A stretch of DNA of 64,000 nucleotides from the human T2T-CHM13v2.0 reference genome, Homo sapiens: assembly GCF_009914755.1 (NCBI RefSeq), contig NC_060930.1. One strand, written 5' to 3'. The position numbers were made by a program, and so were the translations under genes. The notes under the pieces were generated by a model. That model ran no database searches, was not told the origin of the DNA, and was given only the letters and a program-made list of their open reading frames with translations. Each line of letters opens with the position of its first letter. Positions within the stretch are counted from its first letter, which is position 1. This document shows positions 41,801 through 54,750 of the stretch, in pieces.

Positions 41801-43785
41801 CAAACCATATTCTGTTTATCCTTTTAGGTTTACTGTAGCAGTAGCCTTTGAAGTCACATGTTATTCTATGGAGATTTTTCTATGCCTTCTCTCCAGAATT
41901 GGCATGAAACATGGATTCTTTACAAATTTCTTACAAATTCATTCCAGAGAGGCATGTTCAGCTTATAAAAGAAATTTAAAGATTTTTCTCTAAACTGAAT
42001 GGGGAGAAAACTTACTAAATATGCAAGGAGGAGCCTGTAGATTTTAACTCTAAATCACAGCAAATAGTTACAAATGAAACACAGAGCACCCAATAGATAC
42101 CCAAAAAATATTTGATGATATTGATCTCCTGCATCCTACAATGAGCTTTTAGCGGGGCTTTGATAGTAATTGGGTACCTCATCTTAATATCTTGACACAA
42201 AGAAATTTGGAATAATCCATCATTGTGTTTCTCTAGGATTCCAAATAACAAGCACTGCAAATGGGGTGAGAACAGGTTGACCTCACAAGGTCCCTTGCAA
42301 CACTGTACATGAGAATTAATAATAAATGGAGGCTAGCATTTTTATTGATAATTTCTGTCCAGAACTGAAGGTATCTCATAGACACTGGCTGTACTTCCTA
42401 CCATTTCTTGAAGGACTAAAAAAACACGGTTACACTCATTTTACAAATCAGCAAACAGAAGTCAAATAATTCAACAAAGTTCACAAAACATGCCCACCTT
42501 GGCCAGGAAATGTGCCTGGGTGTCTCCACCACTGATTCAATGAGTTACTGATTAGTATTACCTTTCTGCTTACTGTTATTCCCTACACTGTTAGCTTCAT
42601 AGAACAAATCCTAACTGCTGAACTACTTCGAATATAGTTGTCTAACATCATTGTACTGTTCTTAGATTTGCACATTGACCACATCTAGTAAAAGTCTTCT
42701 ATTGCACAGCTTACTTGTTGTATCCCATTCAGGAATAAGCAATAAACCAAAAATATGTAAGTGAGGAATAGGGGGAGAATTGCAGGCTTATTTCACTCTT
42801 GCATTTACACATACACAAAAAAGTTCCCACTTTGTTGGGTGTTTCTAGTAGGTTATCATCTGCATGATGAAGGCTCAAGGCAGCAGGAATGATAGGGCAC
42901 TTAGCACAACAATCAGATTAGAAAAGAACAGTTTAGACCCTAAACAACTGACCACTTCATGAAGCTTAAAGAATCCAAAGGAAAAAATTTAGAAATAATC
43001 TGAGTATCATTTGAGTTATGTAGTGAATAAATCAAATACTTATAATTTCTTCACTTCCTTATTATATTTGCCCACATTCCACAGTGGGAGAGGATCCACG
43101 GAAGATGTTGTAAACCAATTCCTACTCTTTTCATCTGTTTCTAAATGCAGTTATGCCTTTGGTTAACAGTATGCAATATGCTGAACTTCCTTTAAAACCT
43201 TGAAATCATCTCAACAGCCTCAGGGTAAAAGGGAAATTGTGTCAGCAGCAACCAAACGGCCAGAAGGTATAGCTTAAATGTTTCCCAACATCCAGGCAAC
43301 ACCTGGCAAATGTCTAGTGGTTGGAAGAGCTAAGTGTGCCCACTAGGAACAGATGTGAAAAATGGATAAGGTGAACATACATCCTCTATTGGAATGTTGC
43401 TAGCTTTATTTTGTTTGCTTATATAAATGGACTGCTACTTCTTTATATTTCTACAGCCCTTTCCTATGTGATGGTCGGCAGAGCCCATGGCACAAACCAC
43501 CCTTCAAGGCATGGTTGGGTGACAGACAGAGGGTGCAGCAGGGGAAGCAGGAAGACCAGCTCATGTAGGTGCGGCCGGTCAGATCATCACCTGGAGAGCT
43601 TCTGACCTCCTCCCGTGAACTCTCACCAGTTCCACTTCAGGTACCTCTTGCTCTTCTTGTGTTCAGCTTGCTCATTCCCTCCAAAGAGGACATTGCTCTA
43701 GATTATACTCCTCACCTCCCTCTACCATCTCTCAGGTTGCATTCAGTATCAGAAAATCCAAGAAATATATTCACAGATGTTCCCT

Positions 43786-43877
43786 TGTTTATTTGTTGAC
43801 TCTGTGTAATTTGTTTGCCCTAATTTGTTTTTGTCTACCTGGGGACTTCCCTTTTTAATTTCCCTTTCTCTGTTTAC
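43786..43877. promoter_or_regulatory. Candidate enhancer motif cluster: four forkhead cores plus an NF-kB-type site
   Basis: TGTTTAT 43786, TGTTGAC 43794, TGTTTGC 43812, TGTTTAC 43871, GGGGACTTCCC 43841-43851. Motif match only. Confidence 0.35.
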
Positions 43878-44992
43878 CCCTCTTTGTGGAGCAGCGGTCT
43901 GTTAAGCTGTGAGAGGCACACGCCAAATTAAAAAAAAAAAAAAAAAAAACAGCACTGCAGATTGTTTTAAGCATGGGCTGCCCCTTTGGGCCTGAAGGCC
44001 TTGCTTGAAGCCTGCACCTGCTCCTCCTCCTGAGACGCAGGGCTCCTGATCTTTATCCCTTGCCTTTAAGCTGCCTGATTCCTATTATCCAAAGTCAAAC
44101 AGCGTTCTCTACATTCACGCCTCCAGCACTTGGCATGAAATTAATAAGCCTGGCTGATATATTTCCCTGGAAGCCTGCCACTCTTTAATAGTGGTGTTAG
44201 ATTAAAAATTTTGGCATGGTTAATGAACAGGGAAAAGCTGAAGCCAAAAGTTTCATGCAGCAATGCAAAGATTTGGGGGTTATGAAAAGAATACCAACTT
44301 TTCTCATATTTTCTGAATGCCATCCTAATTACAGGGTTAGATAACAAACACAACTAGACAGTCAGCATTAGAAGAAAAGGTGTATTCTCAGGCTTTACTC
44401 GTATTTAGATTTTATCGTCTGTCCTTTCAATCACATGGCCTTCTGTTAGATTGGGTTATCTAAAATTGTAATAATAGTTATTTGTGCTCTAAACAGATTT
44501 CCCTCATACGAGGTCACTATTTTTCTCATTAAAGGAGCACTATGAATGGGTTTTGGACCGAAAACTGATCTTCCTGAAGTGAAAGTCATTCCAGTGCGAG
44601 ATTATTATGCACTTATTAAAGACCAGTGTCTCACAGTTGGAGTTCCAGTACTCATTGTTTAAGTCTAAAGCAACACTCCCCAAATCATGAAGACACCACC
44701 TCTCCCCACCACAGGAGATGTACTTGATACCTAGGCCATGCTTTTGCTCCCCAACCTCTTAACCCAGCCCCAAGCTATAGAGAATTAGACTCACCCAGAA
44801 GATGTAAAATCCACTGGGTCCTCATGACCCATTCCATTGGTAAGGGTTTCGCAAAAGGTTTGACAAGGGTTTGGCAAAACCTAGGCAAAGTCCCATATCC
44901 CATGCAGAGCGCTCCCAGGGCAGAAGGGGTGCACAAGCATGGTAACATGAGTACTCTATTCTTAGTTACCCATCTCTACCACTTAGATATTA

Positions 44993-45068
44993 ATGCCACA
45001 TAACAAGAAGCCTGGGAATATGAAAGGAACACAATGTGAAGGAGGCAGGAAAGGAAGGAGGAGCAAAA
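44993..45068 (+). repeat. 76-bp segment duplicated at 46716-46791 (likely donor copy)
   Basis: ATGCCACATAACAAGAAGCCTGGGAATATGAAAGGAAC(A/T)CAATGTGAAGGAGGCAGGAAAGGAAGGAGGAGCAAAA; 75/76 identical. Confidence 0.95.
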
Positions 45069-46715
45069 GGAAAGTTATGTTTGTTTGGTGGAAACACAAA
45101 TATGTTCTACAACTCTGTCCTGTCCCCTGAGGAATAGCCAGGAGTTACAGTGACCAACAGGTGCATGCCATCCCTCTTCAGGGACTCTTGGCTCTGAGTC
45201 CCAATACATGGCAAAGGTGGAATTGCCAGAGCTGTAGAATTGCCCAATTCTTTGTCCAATTAGGAAAACCTAGGCAATGAGCTCAGAAAGAGACACTCAG
45301 CTGATCAAACACAAGATTTGTTTTTCATATGCTCTAAAGCATCAGGTTAAATCAAACTTAACCTATCAATGATCTACAGATAATATAAAGCCGAGACTAC
45401 CTTTACTTTTTGCTTTAGTTCCCCTACTCAACAGAATAGTCATAAGAAAAGGCATCATCAAAATCACCACCATCACTCAAAAGTTCATTTCAACTGAAAA
45501 ACAGTTACCCAGAAGTAAATGCATGAGAATCACGTCACCTCCACTTGTATTGGCCAATGTGACAGCCATTCTTGAACAGATACCCTATCTAATCAATGAC
45601 TTAAAGGAAAAGTTAAAATGGTAAATAACCCTCCCTGGGCTGAAAATAGGAAGTATGACTAACATTCTTCTCTTAAGTTACTAGGAGGAAAAAGGATTTT
45701 AAAGCACATGAGGATTTCATCAGGAGACAGGAGTTGACCCTTGGTAGAGTCAAATCAATTTCACAGCAACCCATTACAACAGGTGTCTACTGTATTCATA
45801 ATTGCAGGATACTTCAAAGCTTTTTCTCAATATAAAGAAAGCATAAAGAGATCAAAGCTCCTAGACCACACATTATGCAGTTGAAAGTTGTCCCAACATG
45901 TTCCCTGCTTACAAGACAAATAAGTTAAATGTATTTGCAAATGTCAACTTCATCCCTTTTAATGCCTCTTAAATCAGGTCAGTGAGTCTATTTTGGAAAC
46001 ATAAGTAGGATGACTCACAGATACTTCCTTGGCTCATTACCCAAGCAACTCCATTTTAAGCACTCTGGAGTTGCCCTCCTGTGGTCCACATCCTTCGGAC
46101 ATTGTTACAATCTGACCCTTTGCTTTTATGGCCCCACCTCTTTGTTCGATATGCTGCTGTCTTACACTTGCATCATTATTGTGTCACCTGAAAAAAAGTA
46201 AACTCATTTCTAAAAATAATTTGGCTCTTCTGGCCCTAAGAGTAGATGTTGGTTTGCTCTTGTGGCTGCACTCAAAGTTCTGTCTCAAACCAAACTTGCC
46301 CAGAATACTAAATTCCTTTCAAGGGAAGACAACGCTTTGCAATAAATGATCTATCCCATTTTAAAGACTAATTCCAATGTTCCAAAGTGTCCATTTTTTC
46401 TTTTACCCAGAGTTCTCTAGGAAATGGTGTTAGAGGAACAAGTATTGGGTGTCAAAACCTGGCTTGATCTCTCCCCCAACAGGATTATCTCTCTTCCTTG
46501 GAAATAAGACCAGCCAGACTTTATTCAGCTCTCCACTTTCCCCAAGGTTCCCATTTCCTGAGCTGCTTTGAAAACCTCCAATGGCAATGGCTCTCAATCA
46601 GCCCATCACCCCGGCACGGCCACCCATTATTTCCTGTAACACACCCTCCAACCAAACGCTGAACCACCACTGAATAGGCTCCATTACATGTTCTCATGGC
46701 ACCTTAATAGGTGCT

Positions 46716-46791
46716 ATGCCACATAACAAGAAGCCTGGGAATATGAAAGGAACTCAATGTGAAGGAGGCAGGAAAGGAAGGAGGAGCAAAA
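46716..46791 (+). repeat. Inserted copy of 44993-45068 within an L2-like fragment
   Basis: Same 76-mer; flanks TTCTCATGGCACCT / ACTTCCATCATCATGGAACT read as a continuous L2-like segment. Confidence 0.9.
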
Positions 46792-47462
46792 CTTCCATCA
46801 TCATGGAACTCAACACAACAAAAATTATAAAGTCATTTTCATAAAGTCTATCAACACTGTATCCCTGAGCCTAGCCTACTGTCTAGCACATGTAGGTGCC
46901 CACCCCAAGTTAATAAATAAAAGAACAAATGAATGGACCAATGTCCTTGCTTTCAACCTTCTCACAGGTTTACATTTCCTAAGCAGAGGAAATGCATCCT
47001 CATGCCAGCTTACACAACGAAAACTTTAAGTTAATATGCATTGTATAAATAAGTGAATGACTATATGTTTATCATCAGCCAATACTTTGAAGACAAAAAC
47101 CTTGTTCATAATTCTTCAGGTTCTGAGAAGCACAACTCTCCTGGAGAAACTGCCTAAGATGAACAGGAACACAAGGAGAATTTTAGTGGACAGTAGGTTT
47201 TAATTATTTAAAGGGGGATAGAAAATGCTTCAGGCCTCAGAGTATCAAACATGCATCTTTCTCATCCCCTCACCAACCTAGTTGGGCCAGTTTAGAAGCA
47301 TTCTGCAGCACCTTCTGAGACGTCTCAGTCCTAGCAGTTATAAGCTTCTACTAAATAACCAGTATACATCATCCTAGAGACTAACCACAACCTTGAGCTT
47401 GATGGGGGTTCAGACAATGTCCTTACTGGGCTCCCAAGCTCAGGGCCAGACAACTTGGGCTT

Positions 47463-48185
47463 TATATTAGTTTCCTGTTGCTGCTGTAACAAATCAACCA
47501 CAAACAGTTATTTAAGACAATGTGAATTTATTATCTTAAAGTTCTGAATTTCAGAGGTTTAAAATGGGTCTCACTAAGCTAAACTCAAGGTGTCGGCTGA
47601 AGTGTGTTCCTTCTGGAGGCTCTAGGGGAAAATCCATTACTTCGCCTTTTCCAGCTCCTAGAGGCCACCAACATCCCTGGGCTTATGATACAATTTCATC
47701 ATCTTCAAAGTCAACAGTGTCAGGCCAACTCCTTCTCACACTGTGGTGCTCTCTCTATTCTGCCTCCTTCTACTTATAAGGACTCATGATTACACTGAAC
47801 CCATCTACATAATTCAGTACAGGTTAAGCATCCCAAATCTAAAAATATGAAATCCAAAATGCTCCAAAACCTGAAACTTTTTGAGTCCCAACATGACACT
47901 CAAATGAAATGCTCATTGGAGCATTTTGAATTTCAAGTTTTCAGATTTAGGATGCTCAACCAGTAAGTATAAATTCAAATATTCTGAAATCTGAAACACT
48001 TCTGGTTCCAAGCATTTCAGATAAATGATACTCAACCTATATAATCTTCCCATTTCAAGGTCAGTTAATTATCAACCTTAATCCATCTACAACTCTAATT
48101 TATTTTGTCATATAACCTAACATATTCACAGATTCCAGAGATTAGGACATGGACATACTTGTGGGCCATTATTCTGCCTACCACA
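47463..48185 (-). mobile_element. MaLR LTR MLT1D-like (interrupted by Tigger4a)
   Basis: TATTAGTTTCCTGTTGCTGCTGTAACAAAT...TTCTGGAGGCTCTAGGGGAAAATCC...GGGCCATTATTCTGCCTACCACA. Confidence 0.88.
47820..48039. mobile_element. Tigger4a (MER46A)
   Basis: TA-flanked CAGGTTAAGCATCCC...AAAATGCTCCAAAA...GGAGCATTTTG...GATACTCAACCTA. Confidence 0.88.
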
Positions 48186-49463
48186 GACATGCAGAGCAGG
48201 GGAAGCAAAGTCCTAGAGTCCTGGGAGGCACTAGCCCAGGATGGAAAGGAAGGGCCACAGGGTGGAGAACATTCCCTACAGAAGCTCTCAGTTAGGATAT
48301 TAGCACTGCTGTCCATGCAGTGGAGTCTACAAGAATCCCCTGCCTCTAAGGTGGCTCCATCTCTCCTTTCAGGAAAGAGTATGAAGTGATGAATTTGTCT
48401 ATACTAAGGGACTTCTCATGTCCTTCCCATAGCATAGGAGCTCCTGGAGAAAGGGTCAACACTTGACATACATAAAGAGATGACTTACCAATGGTAAAAT
48501 TTCAGATTTTATTTGGAAAGTTACTTGGCTGACTTCTTAAAATACATTATGTATTCATTCCTCAAACCACCTTTGCAATTAGGCTGACCTTATACCGAAA
48601 CAGAAACAGTCAGATCGTAAGAAGATCACATGTGAGCGAGAATGAGAATGAGGCAGACCACAAAAGACCCAACACACACCCACGCACACATACTCACACA
48701 CACACACACACATATGCACAACATTCTTATATTGTTCTTAGACATCAAGAGGGCCTTTTTCACACACAGAAAGTTAAATAGGAAAACAGTAACTTTTCCA
48801 TTACAATTTGCTGCTGCCACCCCCGTAGGGGTGTCAGTACGGGTCAGTTAATGTCCTGTGACAAGCCAGGGTGATATTCTTTATAGGGTAGTGTTTATCT
48901 TCACCATATGTTTTCTAGTATTGACTGAGAGTGTTAATTGGTGTTTCAGGAATCGGGAGAGGGCAGATCAAGGGCATCTACTAGAGGCCTCATCATCTAG
49001 TGTCCCCCAACCCTCAATTAGTAGGTTAACACATGTCTAAATGCTCATAATTTGTGCTGATCTACTGCTTAGCCAGCAAATGGGTCCCACTTGGAATATG
49101 CTATATGTCAGCCTTACAGTTTTTCTGTCTTCTAGTTTACTTAGGAAAAAAAAAGAGAAGTTTTTTTTAATATGATGGCTACAAATAAAAGTGAATGTGA
49201 TCATAATGAGGTTCCTGAGTAGTTGAAGGTTTCAGGGGCACTAGATGTCCTGGCTTAGTGGCCTCCTCCTAGGAAGATCCCCCACCTTACCATCTTGTCC
49301 AAGTTCTCATTTTCCCATTCCTCATCCCGTATTCCCACCTGTCTTCCTGAGCATGGATGATAATCCCTTCCCAAGGTTGTCAAGGCATTTCTTCTCTTAC
49401 AGATCCACACCAGTTTCACTTCTCTAGGAAGTTTCCAAACTATTTATTTGAATATTCAACCTC

Positions 49464-49932
49464 TGCTATGGTTTGAGTGTGTCCCCAGAATTCATGTGTT
49501 GGAAATTGGGTCCCCGATGTGGCAGTGTTGGGAGGTGGGGCCTCTAAGAGATGATTAGGTCATTAAGACCTAATATCCCTTCCGTTCTCACCCACTTCCC
49601 CTTCCACTTCCCTGCCATGTTATAAGGCAGCACAAGACCCTCACCAGAAGAAGACCAGATTCAGCCACCTGATCTTGGACCTCCCAGTTTCCAGAACTGT
49701 GAGCTAAATAAGCCTCTTTCCATTATAAACTTTCTAGTCTTCAAGTGTTATAATGACAGAAAACAGAGAGCCAGGCATAGTGACTCACACCTGTAATCCT
49801 AGCATTTTCGGAGGCCAAGGAGGGAGGATTGCTTGAGCCCAGGAGTTCGAAATCACCCTGGGCAACATGGCAAAACCTCATCTCTATTAAAAAAAATTAA
49901 ATAAAAATTTAAAAAGAAAACAGACTAAGATA
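49464..49932 (+). mobile_element. MaLR LTR, MST-type (MSTC/D-like), with a FLAM insertion
   Basis: TGCTATGGTTTGAGTGTGTCCCC...CCAGAACTGTGAGCTAAATAA...ACAGACTAAGATA; 5-bp TSD ACCTC at 49459-49463 and 49933-49937. Confidence 0.85.
49769..49914 (+). mobile_element. FLAM_C-like Alu monomer
   Basis: Single left arm GGAGGATTGCTTGAGCCCAGGAGTTCGA with A-rich tail; TSD AGAAAACAGA. Confidence 0.85.
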
Positions 49933-50708
49933 ACCTCACTACAAATAAAGACTTTCAAGTTAAAACTACATGGAAAGATGAAATCTCAAATGGAAAAGAT
50001 CCTATAACTGATGATGTTCAAAATAATAAGGCTGCTAACAACATGGATAAATAGGTGCTGCAGTTTGAAGTGTTTGCAACAACTTATCTGCAGGGCAATT
50101 TGGACACAATTATCAAGAGTCCTTTAAATGTTCATTTGCTTTGACTCAGTAATTCCCCCTCAGGAATTCTTATTAAGGAAATAAAGAGAAGTGTACTCAA
50201 AGACTTATGCACACTGTTTTTCATCACTTAAGTTGTTTGAAATTCAAAAAAAGAAATCTTAGAAAAATTTAATTCCAACAATAGAAGGGTAGTTAAATAA
50301 ATGAGGCTGTCATTTAAAAATATGTTTTTGAAAAGAACGTAACAAAATAGGACAATGGTGAAAACACAATGTTAAATAAAAGAGCAGGATGCACTCCCAT
50401 TTCAAATTTGTTTCATATATTGAATTATTAGTATTTTTTCTAATATTTCTTATTACTCCTACTCTTACTCATGTGGTATTAATTACCTCAGTGACCAAAT
50501 GATGCAGCATAAAGTAGAAAACACAGGAGTCAGTGTTTGACTCCAAATGCCTCATCCCTGACATAGATAAAATAATTGGAAAGATGCACTGACAAGAAAA
50601 GCAATGCCTTCCCCCACACATTCTACCCCAAGATGAGGTAAAGATCCTCTTGCATGGGATAAAGTAAGAACTGAAGGGGACATAGAGAAGCAAAAAGCAT
50701 ATATGCAT

Positions 50709-50961
50709 TGTGTGTGTGTGTGTATGTGTGTGTGTTAGGGAGGGTGTGAAATATGATGATACACTGCAAAAACAGAACAAAGATATCCTAGGCCCTTCTT
50801 GGACAGAAACCAGGGAAAACAGCAAAGTAATGTAGAGTTCCTAATGCCCAGGAAAGAAATGGCCATGTGCTATGTGTAGGCTGATAAGTCCTTCAACAAA
50901 CACACACACACACACACACATGCACACACACACACGCACACACACACATACACACACACAC
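50709..50961. repeat. (TG)n at 50709-50735 and imperfect (CA)n at ~50900-50961
   Basis: Read directly. A further degenerate (CA)n lies at ~48670-48720. Confidence 0.95.
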
Positions 50962-52501
50962 CTCCCAGCAAAGCAGGGCAGCAGCAAGACAAATTAGTGT
51001 GTCCAGGTGTGACACAGAGTGAACAGGCCCTTTGATGCCCTAACGAAATCTCCTGCAATCCAAGATGGCATCACACCTGAACAGCGATGCCCGCATGATA
51101 AGAACAAACAGTGCTGACATGATCATAAGAAGGAAATGGCTGAAAGACACAAGCCCTGACAACACCTGTGGTCAGGAATGAGGCAGTCAGGAACAAGGGA
51201 AGATTCAGCAGCAGCCTGCATGATATCTCAGTAGTAGTAACACTCAAGGGACCAGGGCTCACCCTCCCTCAGAGCTTTAACATTGCACCAGCCTTCTTCC
51301 TTCTTTCACCAAAGACCAGAAAAAGAGTCCCCTCCTGCTTTGCATCAGTCACTGACTCCACCAGAGTCAAGTTTTTAACTTTCGACCCATGTCCAATCAT
51401 CTATCAAGTCCCTTATCTGGCCAAGTCTGTCTGCTCTCATTGCCCCACTCAGATGCAGCCCTCCTCCAACACAACTGGACTGCTGGGCACAGGTTAAGGC
51501 TCTCCTTCCATCTAGGCTCGTGGAACCTCATTGCTCCTCCTCCCATGCTGCAGGCAGAGTCATCCTCCTGAAATACTTATCTCATGGCCCTGCTCAGAAG
51601 CCCCCAGCAAGTCCTTAGCCTGGAGCCCAGGCTTCACCTGGCCCTGAGGTCACATGAGAACCAGAGCTGCCCAATGTGTTCACCTTAACTACCCATTCTC
51701 TGCAACAAAAACCCTATTTCCTCTTGCTTGGAACATCTTCCCAATCCAAACTAGCCACTCCCCAAATCCCAAGTCAGTCTCATTGTCTCCACAGTACTTC
51801 ATCCTTTCAGACCCCACTGCTCTCTCCTTTCTTAGATTCCTATGGCACTTGCTATCTGAACTATTCCCTCAATCTCGTAAATATATGTGGCCTCGCATTT
51901 TTTTCATAACTGAAGCCCCTGTAGCTCAACTGTCCAACTAAGTCAAGCTCCCAATGATCAGGAACAGGTCTTATCCTTAAGTTGCCCAATGATGAGGGCA
52001 CAGTAAATGCTCTTTAATGCATTCATTAAACGTCAACTCCTTCTCAGGTATTTTATTACCAGCTTCATGTAGGGCAGATGGGAAAGTGGGGCAGACTGCA
52101 GATAGGGACAATGGGCAGAATGTAGACCCAGGAATCGATTCCCAACAAAGGGGACAGTGCTCACTCCAGGGCATAAAGCTTGCACCACCTCAGTGAAGGA
52201 ATTCAGCTAAACCCCATATTTAAGACTACATTGGTGAGAGAGATCTAAATGTTCTGACAGTACTAGTACCTCTAATGTGCACTTCACATCTGGGATGGAG
52301 AGAAAGGCAAAGTTTTAAAGAAAAGAATATGAGCTCTGGACTTCTTTACCGAAGGAGTTTAAGCACAATTTATCAAATGATGGTGCAAAGCAGAGATTAC
52401 AGAACACATGTGTGTGTGTGTATGTGTGTGTACCTACACACATACTTATAGCCAAGAGATCTAAGAGCTGACCCATCACAGTTTTTAAGAAATGTTTAAT
52501 A

Positions 52502-53009
52502 GAGGCGTCTTCAAGCCCCGGGCCATGAACCAGTACCATTAGGAACTGGCCCGCACAACAGGAGGTGAGCAGCAAGTGAGCGAAGCTTCATCTGTATTTA
52601 CAGCTGTTCCTCATTGCTCACATTACTGCCTGAGCTCTGCCTCCTATCAGATCAGCACCCGCCTGAGATTCCCATGGGGCGCAAACCCTATCGTGAACTG
52701 CACATGCAAGGAATCTAGGTTGTGCACTCCTTATGACAATCTAATGCCTGATGATCTGTCACTGTCTCCCATCACCCCAGATGGGACCGTCTAGTTTCAG
52801 GAAGACAAGCTCAGGGCTCCCACTGATTCTACATTATGGTGAGTTGTATAATTTTTTCATTATATATTACAATGTAATAATAGCAATAGAAATAAAGTGC
52901 ACAATAAATATAATGTGCTTGAATCATCCCAAAACCATCATCTTACCCTGGTGGAAAAATTTTCTTCCATGAAACTGGTCCCTGGTACCAAAAAGGTTGG
53001 GGACTGCTG
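52502..53009. mobile_element. MER1A (hAT-Charlie)
   Basis: GCGAAGCTTCATCTGTATTTACAGC...CTAATGCCTGATGATCTG...GAAACTGGTCCCTGGTACCAAAAAGGTTGGGGACTGCTG; exact 8-bp TSD GTTTAATA at 52494-52501 and 53010-53017. Confidence 0.93.
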
Positions 53010-54644
53010 GTTTAATAAATATATGTTTAGACCAAGAAAGAAAAAGCACACCCACCATATCAGAAAAAAAATAGATAAGAAACAACAGGAAATTCACACA
53101 CACACTCAAAAGTTCAATAAACATAGAAAAAAATTCTGCCTCATTAGTAATCAATCAAAAGTCTTTTTTTCTTCCTAACTTCTTTCCTTTGACCTATGAG
53201 TATTATAAATGAGAATTTCAACAAATTCAATTAAAGTTTGCTTTAGGTCTATTACATGTCAGACATTGGGTAACGATGGAAAACCATCAACAGGTTCAAG
53301 CAAGGGGGTGGGTGTGATATGATCACCTCTATCAATTTTATTCTATTTTATTATGCTATTCTAATTACCCACTAGAATGATGAGGACAGTGGCAGTGGAG
53401 GTGACAACACTTGTTTCAAGCTCAAATCATTCTCTTCTTTTTTCTAGCCTATCTTCTCATTCTCTAATTTAAATTCACTACAGTTACCAATATTACAAGT
53501 ACTGCAGAAGGGTTGTTTTTATGAAAGGCTAAAAAAATTTCACGAAAACTGTTTCTGGCTTTTACTTTTTATCAAAGTGTTAAATTTTAAAACTTGGGAG
53601 TCGTGTACAAATGTACTCATATTCAGAAGTGAAAATGAGCCATTTATTTTTGCTGCCTGAGTTAAGTGAACCAGAGAGCAGTAGACTAATACTCGCCAGA
53701 TAAAAATTCAATTCACTTAAAATAATCATTTTTTATTTAATCATATAGCATGATTGTAAATCACTTTGCCCATATCTAGTACTGCATGACCGATATATAA
53801 TAATAATAATAATAACAATAATAATAATAGCATTGGTGGTCATCCAATTCACGGTAAGTTGCTATTTGGTACAGAAATGAAGATAAAGACATCTAGGGCA
53901 GGAGTCTGATCTCGGATCTCCAACTACAAAGATGTTCTATCCTATCTACTTCAAATGTATTCTGTTTTACTTGGTTTTGCTTTCTTTCTCCTTTCTCAAG
54001 TAAAAAAAAAATGCTAGGTGTTATTTTATGAGAAGCCCTAGGTCTTCTCATAAGGAATAATGACCAGAAGTTCATCTCTTGAGAGCGCCTGTTCACCTTA
54101 AATGCTTTCCCCAGTTGTTGGAGAGCATGACTGGAATCAAAGGCCAGATTGAGATCTGTGGCGATGGGCTCTCAGCTTCCACTACTTATAAAGGAAAAAT
54201 GTTAACATCAGAAGGTGGGATTTGGCTCTGAAATAACAAGATATTCTGTTAAAGATGTACATTTTTGTGCCCTGGCTGTAAGTGAATCCAGGTCTGTTGT
54301 TTTTGCTTGGAAAGGGTATTTGGATAAATAGAATAATGCAACACATTGAATCAACTCAGCTGAGAAATATTCTGGAAAGGGGCTCAAGCCTCAGTTTACG
54401 TAACTGAAGAGAAACTAGGAGCACTCTACAGTTCTCTCCACATGGACAGCACACAAAAGGTCAATTCAGGAAAAGTCCAAATCAGTTAATCCAATTACTT
54501 GGCATCACTGAAGCATAACCTTAGTGTTCAAAGGTAGATGCATTCCAGGACACTGAATTGACTGGAAGCCTGCCATGGTTGGCTACTTTTCAGCAGGTGA
54601 AGCTTTAGAAACTCCATTTTACCTTTCAAAATTGCTTTTTGGTA

Positions 54645-54750
54645 GACTACACATTGGGTACAGTGTACACAGCTCAGGTGATGGGTGTATCAAAATCTCA
54701 GAAATCACCACTAAATAACCTATTTATGTACAAAAATAAATAAATAAGAA
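54645..54750 (+). mobile_element. Extremely 5'-truncated L1PB-type 3' end (~105 bp)
   Basis: ATTGGGTACAGTGTACAC...AAAATCTCAGAAATCACCACTAAA with A-rich tail; TSD AAAATTGCTTTTTGGTA / AAAAATGCTTTTTGGCA. Confidence 0.85.

Noticed and set aside
45529-45558. ATCACGTCAC next to ATTGGCCAAT (SREBP/UPRE plus CCAAT-like pair)
   Set aside because: The spacing does not fit ERSE, there is no promoter context, and such short motifs are expected by chance.
50709-50961. Opposed (TG)n and (CA)n tracts that could pair or form Z-DNA
   Set aside because: Common microsatellites with no evidence of function.
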